The position numbers were made by a program, and so were the translations under genes. The notes beneath the pieces were generated by a model. That model did no database searches. It had not been told where the DNA came from and was given only the letters and a program-made list of their open reading frames with translations. 64,000 nucleotides of DNA from Anaerolineales bacterium (GTDB taxonomy: Bacteria; Chloroflexota; Anaerolineae; Anaerolineales; UBA6668): the NCBI GenBank assembly GCA_020630175.1, contig JAHDBW010000004.1:8694-72693 (forward strand), in the 5' to 3' direction. The stretch's first letter is position 1. Each line of letters starts with the position of its first letter. Below, one piece after another: positions 38,088 to 47,972 of this stretch.

Positions 38088-39284
38088 TCAATCTTCATAG
38101 AGCGCGTCTAGCTTAGGCAAGATCACGTCCCAATCAAAGTTTTCTTCAACAAATTTGCGGCCCCGTAAGCCGAGTGCATTGCCCGCAGCTGGATTTTTCA
38201 GGACCGTTCTAATAGCCGCAACTTGCTCAGCGACCGTATCCGCGAGGTGCATCTCGACGCCGTCTGTAGCAGAGAAGCCTTCTGCACCAATGCGCGTTGA
38301 CACAATTGGCCGTCCCATTGCCATCGCCTCAAGTAATTTGAAGCGCGTGCCGCCCCCCATACGGAGCGGGGCAATGTAAACATCGGCTTTTGCCATATAC
38401 GGCTGGATATCAGGCACCATTCCGGTCACGGTAACCCCACCAACTGCGGCCAGCGCACGAACAGCAGGCGCTGGTGATTTCCCCACTATTAGCAGTTCTA
38501 TCGTTGGAAACTCTGCTTTCAACTGCGGATAAATCTCATTTACAAACCAAACAATGGCATCGATATTAGGCCGATAGTCCATTTTTCCGGTGTACACCAG
38601 CGTTGGAACCGCGTTATTAGGCTGGGCCACCGCATAATCGTTTACATGAATGCCATTTGGCACCAACACAAAGTCACTAGCGCTGCCGTGTTTGCGTAAT
38701 TCCACGCCATCTTCGGGTGAAACGTACAGCACATGGTCTGCTTTTGCGCACACGTCTGCTTCAAATCGCTTAATGCGGGGCAGTTGCAGCCGTGAGTAGA
38801 GCGCATGTAACCAGCGTTTTGGGTTGCGTTTGTCCGTATCAAAGGCGCGCTGTTGTATTAGTAACTCTGCATTGAAGGCATCAAACACAATCTTTGCATC
38901 CGGCGCGCTATGACGCACTGCGTCAATGTAGGTGCCCATCTCCAAGCCTTCAATGTGGACACCATCAAACCTTGAGTTGTTTAGCAGTTTTGTTACATGT
39001 TTAGCGAAGCTTTCGGTCTGCAAACGTAATTTTAGGTCGGCTTGCGAGGATAGCAACATTTGTTTTAGTCTTTCAAGTTTTGATTGCGCTTGAAAAACAA
39101 TTTGTTTACTAGTTTTGTACTCTTCTCGCTCGCCTGCGCTGCTGATTTCTTCAACAAAAGTCACTAAATGTACATTGTGAATGTCGCTTAGGCGTTTGAT
39201 TTGCCCCCAAGTCCGAATAGAACCGCCCTGATTGGGTGGATAGGGTGCTGAAGGCGTGAGAAATAAGATTTCTTTTCGTTGCAT
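38088..39284 (-). CDS. Glycosyltransferase family 4 (GT-B, retaining)
   Basis: The C-terminal GGTRFKLLEAMAMGRPIVSTRIGAEG is the EX7E-type GT4 motif. Confidence 0.8.
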   Translation of the reverse strand: MQRKEILFLTPSAPYPPNQGGSIRTWGQIKRLSDIHNVHLVTFVEEISSAGEREEYKTSKQIVFQAQSKLERLKQMLLSSQADLKLRLQTESFAKHVTKLLNNSRFDGVHIEGLEMGTYIDAVRHSAPDAKIVFDAFNAELLIQQRAFDTDKRNPKRWLHALYSRLQLPRIKRFEADVCAKADHVLYVSPEDGVELRKHGSASDFVLVPNGIHVNDYAVAQPNNAVPTLVYTGKMDYRPNIDAIVWFVNEIYPQLKAEFPTIELLIVGKSPAPAVRALAAVGGVTVTGMVPDIQPYMAKADVYIAPLRMGGGTRFKLLEAMAMGRPIVSTRIGAEGFSATDGVEMHLADTVAEQVAAIRTVLKNPAAGNALGLRGRKFVEENFDWDVILPKLDALYED

Positions 39285-39293
39285 AGTTGTTTA

Positions 39294-40430
39294 CTAAACC
39301 GTGTTGTATATGTTTAGCGTTTTTTGTGCTAGCTGTTGCCAGCTAAAACGGTTGATGTTTTCAAAGCCAGCAGTTTCAAGAGTTTTGCGTTGTTCAGCAT
39401 CGTTGTATAGCGTAACAATCGCGTCTGCAATTTGTTCTGGCACGAGCGGATCGACTAGTTTTGCAGCTTGTCCAGCCACTTCAGGTAACGCGCCTACGTT
39501 GCTCGTAATCACAGCAGTGCCACAGGCCATTGCCTCTAAGACTGGCAGTCCAAATCCTTCATAATGCGAGACTAAAACAAATAAGGTTGCGCCGCTGTAA
39601 ATTGCGGGCAGATCTGCACCCGCAATGTCTTGTACAAAGTGCAGGTGCGGCTCTAATCCAAGTTTAGAGATCAGCGTGCGTACGTCATCAAATAGCCAGC
39701 CAGTATTGCCCACCAGCACTAACGGTGGCAAGGTTGCGTCGGTTTTTCTGGCAATGGCATACGCTTCCAGTAAGCCCGGTACATTTTTACGCGGCTCGAA
39801 TGTGCCTACATATAACAAGTAGCCTTCCGGCAGATCATAGCGCTGCAAGACGGTTTGGATTGCGTCGCTAGGTGCGGGGCTAAATTCTTTGGCTGGTGCT
39901 AAATGTGTCACCGTAACTTTGGCTGGCGCAACGCCAAGCTTGCTTACGGTTTCTGCTTTTGTGGCCTGTGAATTGACAATAATTGCGTCTGCTTCGTTAG
40001 CCGACCGCTGGATTTGCGCGTTGTAATAGGCGCGGCTCTCTGCGGTCATAAATTCTGGATAGCGCAAAAATGCCAAGTCGTGAATGGTGATAATACGCTT
40101 CCAGCCGAGTGCTAGCGGCGCGATAAAGTCGGGACTGTGCAAAATATGCGGACGTTGCGTCAGCACCTCTGCGGCAAGCGCAATGCGCTCGGCTTTATGG
40201 TGGGCTGGCGTCCATACGCCGTGCCGCTTGCTGTTCGGCGCTGTGGTGAGCGGCGTCGGCTGTTTGCGGCTTTGTAAAACGGTAAAGTGATGCGTCGGTG
40301 CCAGACTAGGCAGGTGTGTGACCAAGTTATGGATATAGCGGGCAATGCCGCCCGAGGTGTAGTGCGTCAACCGCGCATCAATTGCAATTCTCATCGGCGC
40401 GATATTAGCGGGGGGCTGGCGCATTGTCAA
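39294..40430 (-). CDS. Glycosyltransferase family 4
   Basis: YEGFGLPVLEAMACGTAVITSNVGALPEV motif. The start could instead be the internal MRIAIDARL at 40394. Confidence 0.8.
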   Translation of the reverse strand: MTMRQPPANIAPMRIAIDARLTHYTSGGIARYIHNLVTHLPSLAPTHHFTVLQSRKQPTPLTTAPNSKRHGVWTPAHHKAERIALAAEVLTQRPHILHSPDFIAPLALGWKRIITIHDLAFLRYPEFMTAESRAYYNAQIQRSANEADAIIVNSQATKAETVSKLGVAPAKVTVTHLAPAKEFSPAPSDAIQTVLQRYDLPEGYLLYVGTFEPRKNVPGLLEAYAIARKTDATLPPLVLVGNTGWLFDDVRTLISKLGLEPHLHFVQDIAGADLPAIYSGATLFVLVSHYEGFGLPVLEAMACGTAVITSNVGALPEVAGQAAKLVDPLVPEQIADAIVTLYNDAEQRKTLETAGFENINRFSWQQLAQKTLNIYNTV

Positions 40431-40535
40431 ACGCCACGGAATCTACGCACGCCAATCGCGGCTAGCAGGCGCACCTCGACTATGACTCATTGACTAATCA
40501 TTTTGTAGCGCGTTTCACTTCTTATAATTCAGCCC

Positions 40536-42230
40536 GTGTTAAGTTTCAATCGTTTGGGGCTGCTGCTCTTATTGGGCGTTTGCCTGCTTTTGCCTTTTGA
40601 ACTGCGGCGACCTGTTCTGCAGACTGCGACGTTCCAACTCACTAATCTTGAGGTTGGGGTCTATTGCTGTCTTGCGCTGGGCCTGATCTTACAGCCGCAA
40701 ATTCAGTCTTTCTGGCGCTGGTCGCTGGTGTGCTTGGGCCTTGTGCTGTGTGCGTCATTGGTTAGCAGTCAGGCGGCTGCCGCGCAGAAAATTGCACTGT
40801 TTGCCACGTTCCGGTTTGCCATTGGGGTCTTGTTTGCGCTTGCAGTTGCCACAATTGCGCAGCGCAATCCCGGTCAACGGCATTGGATTTACGCCGCATT
40901 ACTACTAGGCGCGGGTGCTGCTGCCACGCTTGGCATCTTCGAAGTGTTGCGCAATCAACCGCTAGCGGGGCTAAATATTTTGCGAGAACGGGCTACAACC
41001 GTCGGCCCATTTTTACGGCTGACCAGTAGTTTTGATCATGCAAATCAGGCGGCGATGTATCTTGAAGCACTTGTGCCAGTTGGGATTTTTGCCACGTATC
41101 AGGCTTGGCAGCGTCAGCAAAAAGCGGGCGCAATTGGACTGGCGCTGCTGACGCTGATCCTGTTTCAATCGGCGTTGTTAACCCTAAGTCGGGCTAGTTT
41201 TGCGACGTTGATTATGGTCTCTGGCGGATTGTGGGGTGTCACGTGGTTGGCGCAGAAACGCGCCTTAGCGCGCTATTTAGCCGTGTGCACCAGCGTGATG
41301 CTTGTTATCTTGGCGCTCAACATTTTGTTACACCCGGTGCTGCAACTGCGCTTACAAAGCGAAGGCGATGATGCTTGGTATCAGGCGCGCTTTTCAATGC
41401 CGGCGACTGTGACGGGCACTGCCGCCGCAGCGGTTCCAGTCACGGTGGATATTCAAAATGACGGCTTGCTGACATGGTCAGAGGAACTGGAACATCCGAT
41501 CCGGCTGGGTGCCCATTGGTATGCGATCGAGACAGACAGCGCAACGCTGTTGGCAACGGAGCCGCGCTGGCGTTTTCCAGCGGCGGTTGCGCCACAGTCT
41601 GGGGCAACTTGGACGCTGGCCTTAGTTCTGCCAGAAACGCCCGGCACTTATCGCTTGGAATGGGATGTTGTGCATGAGAATATTACGTGGTTTAGCCAAA
41701 AAAATGGCAACGTTGCCACAACGCTTGTGACGGTGACGGCTGTGGGCGCGGCAACGCCTAGTGCTGCAACCAGTGTTACGTCACAGGCGCGTTCGGTGCC
41801 TTTAGATGAAACGTTGCTGCCGCCAATTCCGCATCGGCGTACGCTGTGGGGCGCTGCATTTCTGCTGTGGCAAGACGCCCCTTGGCTTGGCATTGGGCTA
41901 GATAATTTTCGCTTGCAATATGGCCCTGTGCTTGAAATGGCGCACTTCAATGACACAATCCACACCAATAACTGGTACGTTGAAATGTTAGTTTCGCTTG
42001 GTTTATTGGGTGCGCTACCGTTCTTTTTATGGCTAGCACTACTTGCGATGCAGTTTCTAAAACGGGCGCGAACTGGGGCCGTTCCATTGCTTCAGCTCGG
42101 CGTTGGGGCGGGCTTGTTGACATTTATGCTGCACGGGGTGTTGGATTATTTTCTATTGTTTAATGGCACTGCGTTTTTGTTCTGGGCGCTAGTTGGGCTG
42201 TGGGGGAGTTATGAAACGTCTCGGGCTTGA
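40536..42230 (+). CDS. O-antigen ligase/polymerase-like (Wzy_C) membrane protein with an inserted NBR1/Ig-like extracytoplasmic domain
   Basis: Multi-TM with the LTLSRASFATL motif typical of Wzy_C loops. The central soluble insert is VDIQNDGLLTWSEE...PETPGTYRLEWDVVHENITWFSQ. GTG start. Confidence 0.65.
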   Translation: MLSFNRLGLLLLLGVCLLLPFELRRPVLQTATFQLTNLEVGVYCCLALGLILQPQIQSFWRWSLVCLGLVLCASLVSSQAAAAQKIALFATFRFAIGVLFALAVATIAQRNPGQRHWIYAALLLGAGAAATLGIFEVLRNQPLAGLNILRERATTVGPFLRLTSSFDHANQAAMYLEALVPVGIFATYQAWQRQQKAGAIGLALLTLILFQSALLTLSRASFATLIMVSGGLWGVTWLAQKRALARYLAVCTSVMLVILALNILLHPVLQLRLQSEGDDAWYQARFSMPATVTGTAAAAVPVTVDIQNDGLLTWSEELEHPIRLGAHWYAIETDSATLLATEPRWRFPAAVAPQSGATWTLALVLPETPGTYRLEWDVVHENITWFSQKNGNVATTLVTVTAVGAATPSAATSVTSQARSVPLDETLLPPIPHRRTLWGAAFLLWQDAPWLGIGLDNFRLQYGPVLEMAHFNDTIHTNNWYVEMLVSLGLLGALPFFLWLALLAMQFLKRARTGAVPLLQLGVGAGLLTFMLHGVLDYFLLFNGTAFLFWALVGLWGSYETSRA

Positions 42231-43302
42231 TGCGACGCCGCTAATCGGGGTGCAGACGGGGATTGGCCGTTATACCAATGGCTTGCTTTCCCATCTTTCG
42301 CAAGTTGAAACGGACTGGCAGGTGCAGGCGCTGGCCAATAAGCCCTTGCCACCGCCTTATGCCGCTTCAAAAATTGGCCGTAATTTTCCGCTTAGCCGCT
42401 GGACGTGGATGCAAACGATTTTGCCGCTTACATTGCAACGTGCGCAGTTAGATCTTGTACATTTTCCAAACTCAATTGCGCCCTTGGTCTGTCCAACGCC
42501 GTATATTGTTACGATTCATGATGTGTCGCTGTTTACGCACGCGTGGACTCATCCGCAGTCGCGGCAATTGTCGATGAAGTGGATGTTGCCAACCGTGGCA
42601 CGCAATGCAGCGCACATTATTACGGTGTCTGAATTTTCTAAGCGTGAGATCCAATCTGTGTTGGGCGTTGCGGCAGATGATATTAGCGTGGTTTACGAAG
42701 CCGCCGCGCCAGAATTTGTGCCGACGACTGATGTTGCGCAACGGGCTGCTGTAAAGCGGCGGTATGCGCTGGCGGATAATTTTTTACTCTACGTTGGCAC
42801 GCTCGAACCGCGCAAAAATTTACTGCGCCTGGTGCGCTCTTTTCTCAAATTACAGCCTGACTTTCCAGATTGGCAGCTAATTCTGGTGGGGGCATTAGGA
42901 CATGACGCCGAGGCATTGTTGGCGCTTACTGCGCAGCACCCCGCAATTCGCCACATTGGTTATGTGCCACAAGCAGAGCTGCCAACGTTATATTCTCTAG
43001 CGACTGCATTTGTGTTCCCTTCACTTTATGAAGGCTTTGGATTACCGCCGTTAGAGGCGATGGCCTGTGGTACGCCAGTGCTGACAAGTGACACGTCGTC
43101 TTTGGTCGAGCTGTTTTCAAGCGCGGCCTTGCTCTGCACGCCAACAGATTGTGACAGCGTGACGGCGTCTTTGCAGGCACTGCTGTCTAAACCTGAGCTA
43201 CGGCATACGTTAGCCGCCAAGGGGCAGCAGCTTGCGGCAAACTTCTCTTGGCAGTCGGCAACAGCGCAAACAATAGAGATATACAATAAGATAAACAGCT
43301 AA
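42211..43302 (+). CDS. Glycosyltransferase family 4
   Basis: YEGFGLPPLEAMACGTPVLTSDTSSLVE motif. The start is moved to ATG 42211 (MKRLGLDATPL). Confidence 0.8.
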   Translation: MKRLGLDATPLIGVQTGIGRYTNGLLSHLSQVETDWQVQALANKPLPPPYAASKIGRNFPLSRWTWMQTILPLTLQRAQLDLVHFPNSIAPLVCPTPYIVTIHDVSLFTHAWTHPQSRQLSMKWMLPTVARNAAHIITVSEFSKREIQSVLGVAADDISVVYEAAAPEFVPTTDVAQRAAVKRRYALADNFLLYVGTLEPRKNLLRLVRSFLKLQPDFPDWQLILVGALGHDAEALLALTAQHPAIRHIGYVPQAELPTLYSLATAFVFPSLYEGFGLPPLEAMACGTPVLTSDTSSLVELFSSAALLCTPTDCDSVTASLQALLSKPELRHTLAAKGQQLAANFSWQSATAQTIEIYNKINS

Positions 43303-43341
43303 ACATTCTTCTTGTGCTCGTATATCTATTTTGTTTACAGT

Positions 43342-44502
43342 TTACTTCTGTCTATTTGTTTTGTTGTGTAGCCAGTGTGAAAGTGTTTTTCGTAAAGATG
43401 GCTGGCGATGCCGGTTGAAGTAGGTTGTTAACAGTGTTTCTGTGTGCTGGGTTGCTGCTGTAGAAAAGCTAACGTTCGTTGTCAAGGCAAAGTGCAGTTG
43501 ATGGCCGGCAATGTTACAGATGACATTTTCTTCCAACGGCCACATGGTTGCGTCAAACGAGTAGAGCGCTTGCTTTACGGGGCGGCTACCTAGCAAGTAA
43601 GGCGTTGTTATTTGTGCCTTTGGGCGTGTCCCGTAAAGGTCAACAGTAAAGTCATAATCGGCTAGCCGCGGGGCGCGGGCTTTTAGGGTTGCCGCCGATA
43701 GTTCTTGCCAACTGTCATAAACTGCCCAGCTTTCCCTTAATGCGCCCAATTGATAGCGCCGCCGCGCATGCAACATCGGAACTTGGAACCACGCGGTTTG
43801 GGTATCAAAATGGGTGCCCGTTTCCCCAAAGTTTGTTGTGAGCGACTGCCGTGGAAACACATAGTAGCGTTGCGTATCCACGAGCCACGCCGTTTTGAGC
43901 GGAAACCAGTCTGTGTCTGGAAACTGGCTATACATCGGATGCATTTGCCGTAACGTGCGTTGCACAGCCTCGCGATCTGCCACCCAGCGCCGAAATGCTT
44001 GCCATTGCTCGGCTGTATACGCTTGCCCCTGATACCACGCCACTTGCATAAAAAATGTGTCGCTGGCGTCTAAATACGGCACAAATGGCAGCTGCCGAAA
44101 GCCATTGAACCACAGTGCGTTGAGTGAGATTCCCCCAATTTGCGGGTCGTGCGCATACGCTGCAAGTGCCTGCATTGCGTAGTGATAATACGCGTTAGAC
44201 ACCACTAAATCATCCTCAAGTAGCACAATTGCGCCGTAACGCGCCGTCAAATCACCGCAAAAGAAAACGTTGCCAATCAGCCCTAATGGCGTTGGCTGGA
44301 CAATGATTTCTTTACTACCGTGCGCCCAAACAAAGTCGGTTGCCACTTGCGTGACTGCCGCTTGCTGAGCACCACCGACATCGATGGAAATAACGAGATG
44401 GACGTCGGCGTTGGGATACCAAGCTGCGGCAAGCGTCTCTAATAACCGTAACAACGCTGCTGGACGGTTATAAGCGGGGATCACAATTGCGGGCGTATTC
44501 AT
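43342..44502 (-). CDS. GT-A-fold glycosyltransferase-like protein
   Basis: The N-terminal PAIVIPAYNRPAALLRLLETL is like GT2 openings, and LLEDDLVVS supplies a DxD-like motif. ATGA overlap with the upstream phosphorylase-fold gene. Confidence 0.55.
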   Translation of the reverse strand: MNTPAIVIPAYNRPAALLRLLETLAAAWYPNADVHLVISIDVGGAQQAAVTQVATDFVWAHGSKEIIVQPTPLGLIGNVFFCGDLTARYGAIVLLEDDLVVSNAYYHYAMQALAAYAHDPQIGGISLNALWFNGFRQLPFVPYLDASDTFFMQVAWYQGQAYTAEQWQAFRRWVADREAVQRTLRQMHPMYSQFPDTDWFPLKTAWLVDTQRYYVFPRQSLTTNFGETGTHFDTQTAWFQVPMLHARRRYQLGALRESWAVYDSWQELSAATLKARAPRLADYDFTVDLYGTRPKAQITTPYLLGSRPVKQALYSFDATMWPLEENVICNIAGHQLHFALTTNVSFSTAATQHTETLLTTYFNRHRQPSLRKTLSHWLHNKTNRQK

Positions 44503-45257
44503 GCGGTGACGGCTAGCGTTGCTAAGGTGCGCAGCGTGTTAGGAACGTTTGGGTTTACTTGTAATTGCCAGCCGCTGGTTGTGACTTTGTCGGCGATGAC
44601 AACCACGCAGGTCACGGCAACATTTAGCGCTTTGCCAACGGCATACAGCGCGGCGGCTTCCATTTCCACACAGCGCACGTTTGCGGCCTGATAGTGCGCA
44701 ATTTCGGCTTGCGTTTCACGATAGGGTGCGTCAGTGGTCCAACTCTGGCCTTGGGTATAGTTGATGTTGGCGGTGGCAAGAGCGGTTTGCAAGCGGCGCT
44801 GCAGATTAGCATCGGCAACAACCGGCGCATCGCTGGCTGGTAAGTAGTGATAGGACGTGCCTTCATCGCGAATGGCGCTGGTAATCACGACCACAGCGCC
44901 AGATTGATCATGCGGTTGCAGGCCACCAGCCACGCCGATACAAATACAGTCCGTAATGCCCCAAGCGGCGTATTCATGTAGCACGGCAGCGGCAGCGGGT
45001 GCGCCAATGCCAAATCCACCGGCTATTGCAACGCTGGCGTTTGTTTTCTTGAGTAATGCGTGTTGCCCGCTAAATCCTTGCAATGGCTTGCCCCGAAATT
45101 GACGCTGTAAATGCTTTAACGGCGCAGTTTGTAAGCACATTACTAATCGCTGCGGTGGGGTGCGCAATTGCGTTGCGGTTAGGCGTTGTGCCAATAGCTG
45201 TTGCGGTGTGGTGAGCGTTGCTGCGTTGAATTTGGCGTCAAAATTTGGAATGGGCAT
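44499..45257 (-). CDS. Nucleoside phosphorylase/nucleosidase superfamily (PNP_UDP_1-like) protein
   Basis: CICIGVAGGL and VEMEAAALYAV motifs. The start is set to ATG 45255-57 (MPIPNF), which avoids overlap with the flippase gene. Confidence 0.65.
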   Translation of the reverse strand: MPIPNFDAKFNAATLTTPQQLLAQRLTATQLRTPPQRLVMCLQTAPLKHLQRQFRGKPLQGFSGQHALLKKTNASVAIAGGFGIGAPAAAAVLHEYAAWGITDCICIGVAGGLQPHDQSGAVVVITSAIRDEGTSYHYLPASDAPVVADANLQRRLQTALATANINYTQGQSWTTDAPYRETQAEIAHYQAANVRCVEMEAAALYAVGKALNVAVTCVVVIADKVTTSGWQLQVNPNVPNTLRTLATLAVTA

Positions 45258-45265
45258 GACGTTGA

Positions 45266-46507
45266 TTATAGGGGCGTGCGCTGAAAACAATAGCGCCACG
45301 TTTGCCAGAGCAGCAATGCATTTAGCACGCTGCTAATCACCGTAGCCCAGGCAGTGCCGACCAGACCGTATGCAGCGGTAAGGCCGTAAAAAAGCGGCAC
45401 AGCAAGCAGCAGTTGCAAGAGGCTGGCAACGACCACGGCTTTGTCAAATCCGCGTGCAATGAGGGTGACCGAAAACCGCTGCACGACAACGGTAATGGCT
45501 AAATTCCAGCCTAAGATTTTCAAAACAGTTGTGCTTGGTTCCCAACCTTGACCGTATAACAACTGCACAATTGGCTCGGCAGCCCAGTGTAAACATAACG
45601 CAATCCCCACTAGGCCGCTGCACAAAGCCAAAACGAGCCGATTGACTTGCTGACGTTGTGCGGCAGATGCCGTCTGCGACTGGGCCAGCACCGGGAACAG
45701 TGCGCCAAACAGGGCAATTGGCAGTAAGCGTATCCCTTCTGTCAGACGGCTGGCGGCATTCAGATAGCCAACCGCCGTTTCATCGACCACATAAGCTAGG
45801 GTCAGTGTCCCCAGCCGCTGCGAGAGCGTTACGATAACCATCAACAGCACTAAGAGCAGGCCGCTGTTTAGCGTGCTTTTGAATACGGTCGATGTAGGGC
45901 GCTGCCAAAGTTGTAAGGTGGGTAAGACGCGATACAACTGCCAGCCGCCGTAAACAACGCCCAGTGTTTGCCCAATGCCCAAAACAAGTAAGACGTTAAG
46001 CAGCGTTGGCTGCAAAATGATGACACCGAGCGTGCCAATTAGCTGCGCAACGGCGGTCACCACCTGATAGCGCAATAGCACGTCCATGCGTTCAAAGCCG
46101 CGCAAGAGGGCGCTGTAAATGGTCGCAAATCCGAGCGGGATTAGGGTTAGGCTAAACCAGCGCAAGGCCCAGGCGGCGTCTGTCCAGCGGTCGGCAAACA
46201 GCCAGATCACGCAAATGTAAAGCGCTGATAGGAGCAGTTGAATGTACAGTCCGACGCTATATTCAGGGGCGTTGGTGGCTCTGGTTTGTCCGGCAACGCG
46301 CATTAGGTGCGTGTCCATACCGAAGCTTGTGGCAATATTGCCCACTGCCACAATGGTGGTAATCAGCGCGTATTGGCCTAATGCTTGCGGACCAAGAAAC
46401 CGCGCAATCAGCACGCCAACTAAGAACAAAACGCCTTGGCCGCTAATGCGAGCCAGCAATAGCCACAGCGTATTTGTCGAAATGTGTTGCCAAAGCGAAA
46501 TGGGCAT
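45266..46507 (-). CDS. Oligo/polysaccharide flippase (Wzx, MOP superfamily)
   Basis: 413 aa with about 12 TM helices. The N-terminal LLLARISGQGVLFLVGVLIARFLGPQALGQY is typical of polysaccharide-biosynthesis flippases. Confidence 0.7.
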   Translation of the reverse strand: MPISLWQHISTNTLWLLLARISGQGVLFLVGVLIARFLGPQALGQYALITTIVAVGNIATSFGMDTHLMRVAGQTRATNAPEYSVGLYIQLLLSALYICVIWLFADRWTDAAWALRWFSLTLIPLGFATIYSALLRGFERMDVLLRYQVVTAVAQLIGTLGVIILQPTLLNVLLVLGIGQTLGVVYGGWQLYRVLPTLQLWQRPTSTVFKSTLNSGLLLVLLMVIVTLSQRLGTLTLAYVVDETAVGYLNAASRLTEGIRLLPIALFGALFPVLAQSQTASAAQRQQVNRLVLALCSGLVGIALCLHWAAEPIVQLLYGQGWEPSTTVLKILGWNLAITVVVQRFSVTLIARGFDKAVVVASLLQLLLAVPLFYGLTAAYGLVGTAWATVISSVLNALLLWQTWRYCFQRTPL

Positions 46508-46548
46508 GTGGGCTGCAGCGGCACATTAGCCGCTGCAAGTGAAGTTAT

Positions 46549-47925
46549 TTAGCGGTCGAGCCAGACGGGCTGGGCGCTACGCAGCTGTGATGCACCATAC
46601 CGCCATTGCGGGGTAATACCCTCCAGCTGCATTGGAAAACGAATGCGTTGTGCCTTGCCCCACGTTGTTTTTTCAATCCAAGGATCAAGGTCTTGTGGCG
46701 TGGCAGGAGCAACGCCGCTGCCCGGTGTGGACCGTTTGGTTTGCAAGAGCAGGTGTGCGCAGCGGGCTAAGGAAAGCTTGGCGGAGTGTACAGTGCCATG
46801 CTGATTGCGTTGCGCAAGTGCGTGCAGTACTGCCGCTGCCATTAGGTAACCAGTGCCGTGGTCTAACGCCTGCGCAGGCAGTTGGAGCGGCGCGTTGGCG
46901 TGTGTGGCGTACATGCCATGCGCAGAAATACCGCTGCTCATTTGCATGACGCTATCAAACCCGCGCCGTGCTTTCCACGGGCCAGTCCAGCCGTAAGCGC
47001 ACAGCGAGACGTCAATCAGGGCTGGATTTAGGGCGCGTAAGCGTTGACTGTCATAGCCTAAGCTGGCTAAAGCGTTTGGCCGGTAGCCGTGAACGAGCAC
47101 GTCAGCTTCAGCTAATAAAGCGTCAAACGTGGCGCGGTCGGCGGCGCTGTTGAGGTCTAAACCGGCACAGCGCTTGCCAAGCGTGACCTCGGTTTGCGCG
47201 AGATCTTCTTCCCAATTTGGCGGGTCAATCCGTAAGACGTCTGCGCCAAATCCAGCTAAAAAGCGCGTGGCAACTGGGCCAGCTAAGATGCGCGTGAGAT
47301 CTAGAATGCGCACGTTAGCCAAGGGTTGCGCTGGATTGCCAGGTGTTTTGGACGGTGTAACGTTGGCGTGCTGTTCCCAGTGGATAAGCGGTTCTTGCGC
47401 GACGGCTTTGCCTTGCGGATGGGCTTGCCAATCTTCAATGGTGTTCATTGTGGCGGCGACACCACCGGCAGCCACAACTGCGTTCATCAGCGCTTCACCT
47501 TCCCATTGGGCGACAGCTTGTTTGACTGCCGTTGGCGTGGCGGGCACGTCTAGAACGGCAAGGGCTGCGGCCAAGTGTTTGGGCGCGTTGGTGTGCAGTC
47601 TCAGCCAACCGTTTTGGGTTTTGTAATTGCCGCTGATCGGATTCCAAATGGGCGGTAGTTCCCAGCCAATGGGGTTCACAGTGAGGCTAAACCACAGTGA
47701 TGCTAGCCGCCGATCGACAGTGACGGAGAACTCAGCGCTTGGGGTATTGAGCCGCCCGAGCAGTATTCCGGCCATGCCGATGGTTGCCACTGCGAGATCG
47801 GTGGCGGCGAAGTAGGCCGGCAGGTCTTCTGTGCCGGTTTGGGTAATCTGCGGTAAGGCGGATGCGATTTCTAAACCGGGGAAGGCGTTCGCAATTTCTG
47901 TCGTAATTTTCGGATGTAACGTCAT
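46549..47925 (-). CDS. Family III CoA-transferase (CaiB/BaiF-like)
   Basis: RILDLTRILAGPVATRFLAGFGADVLRIDPP motif and the downstream GRPNALASLGY-type segment. Confidence 0.8.
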   Translation of the reverse strand: MTLHPKITTEIANAFPGLEIASALPQITQTGTEDLPAYFAATDLAVATIGMAGILLGRLNTPSAEFSVTVDRRLASLWFSLTVNPIGWELPPIWNPISGNYKTQNGWLRLHTNAPKHLAAALAVLDVPATPTAVKQAVAQWEGEALMNAVVAAGGVAATMNTIEDWQAHPQGKAVAQEPLIHWEQHANVTPSKTPGNPAQPLANVRILDLTRILAGPVATRFLAGFGADVLRIDPPNWEEDLAQTEVTLGKRCAGLDLNSAADRATFDALLAEADVLVHGYRPNALASLGYDSQRLRALNPALIDVSLCAYGWTGPWKARRGFDSVMQMSSGISAHGMYATHANAPLQLPAQALDHGTGYLMAAAVLHALAQRNQHGTVHSAKLSLARCAHLLLQTKRSTPGSGVAPATPQDLDPWIEKTTWGKAQRIRFPMQLEGITPQWRYGASQLRSAQPVWLDR

Positions 47926-47972
47926 TTGATAACTGCCAATTGGCTGTTGATTATTGACAATTGCGCAATGGT

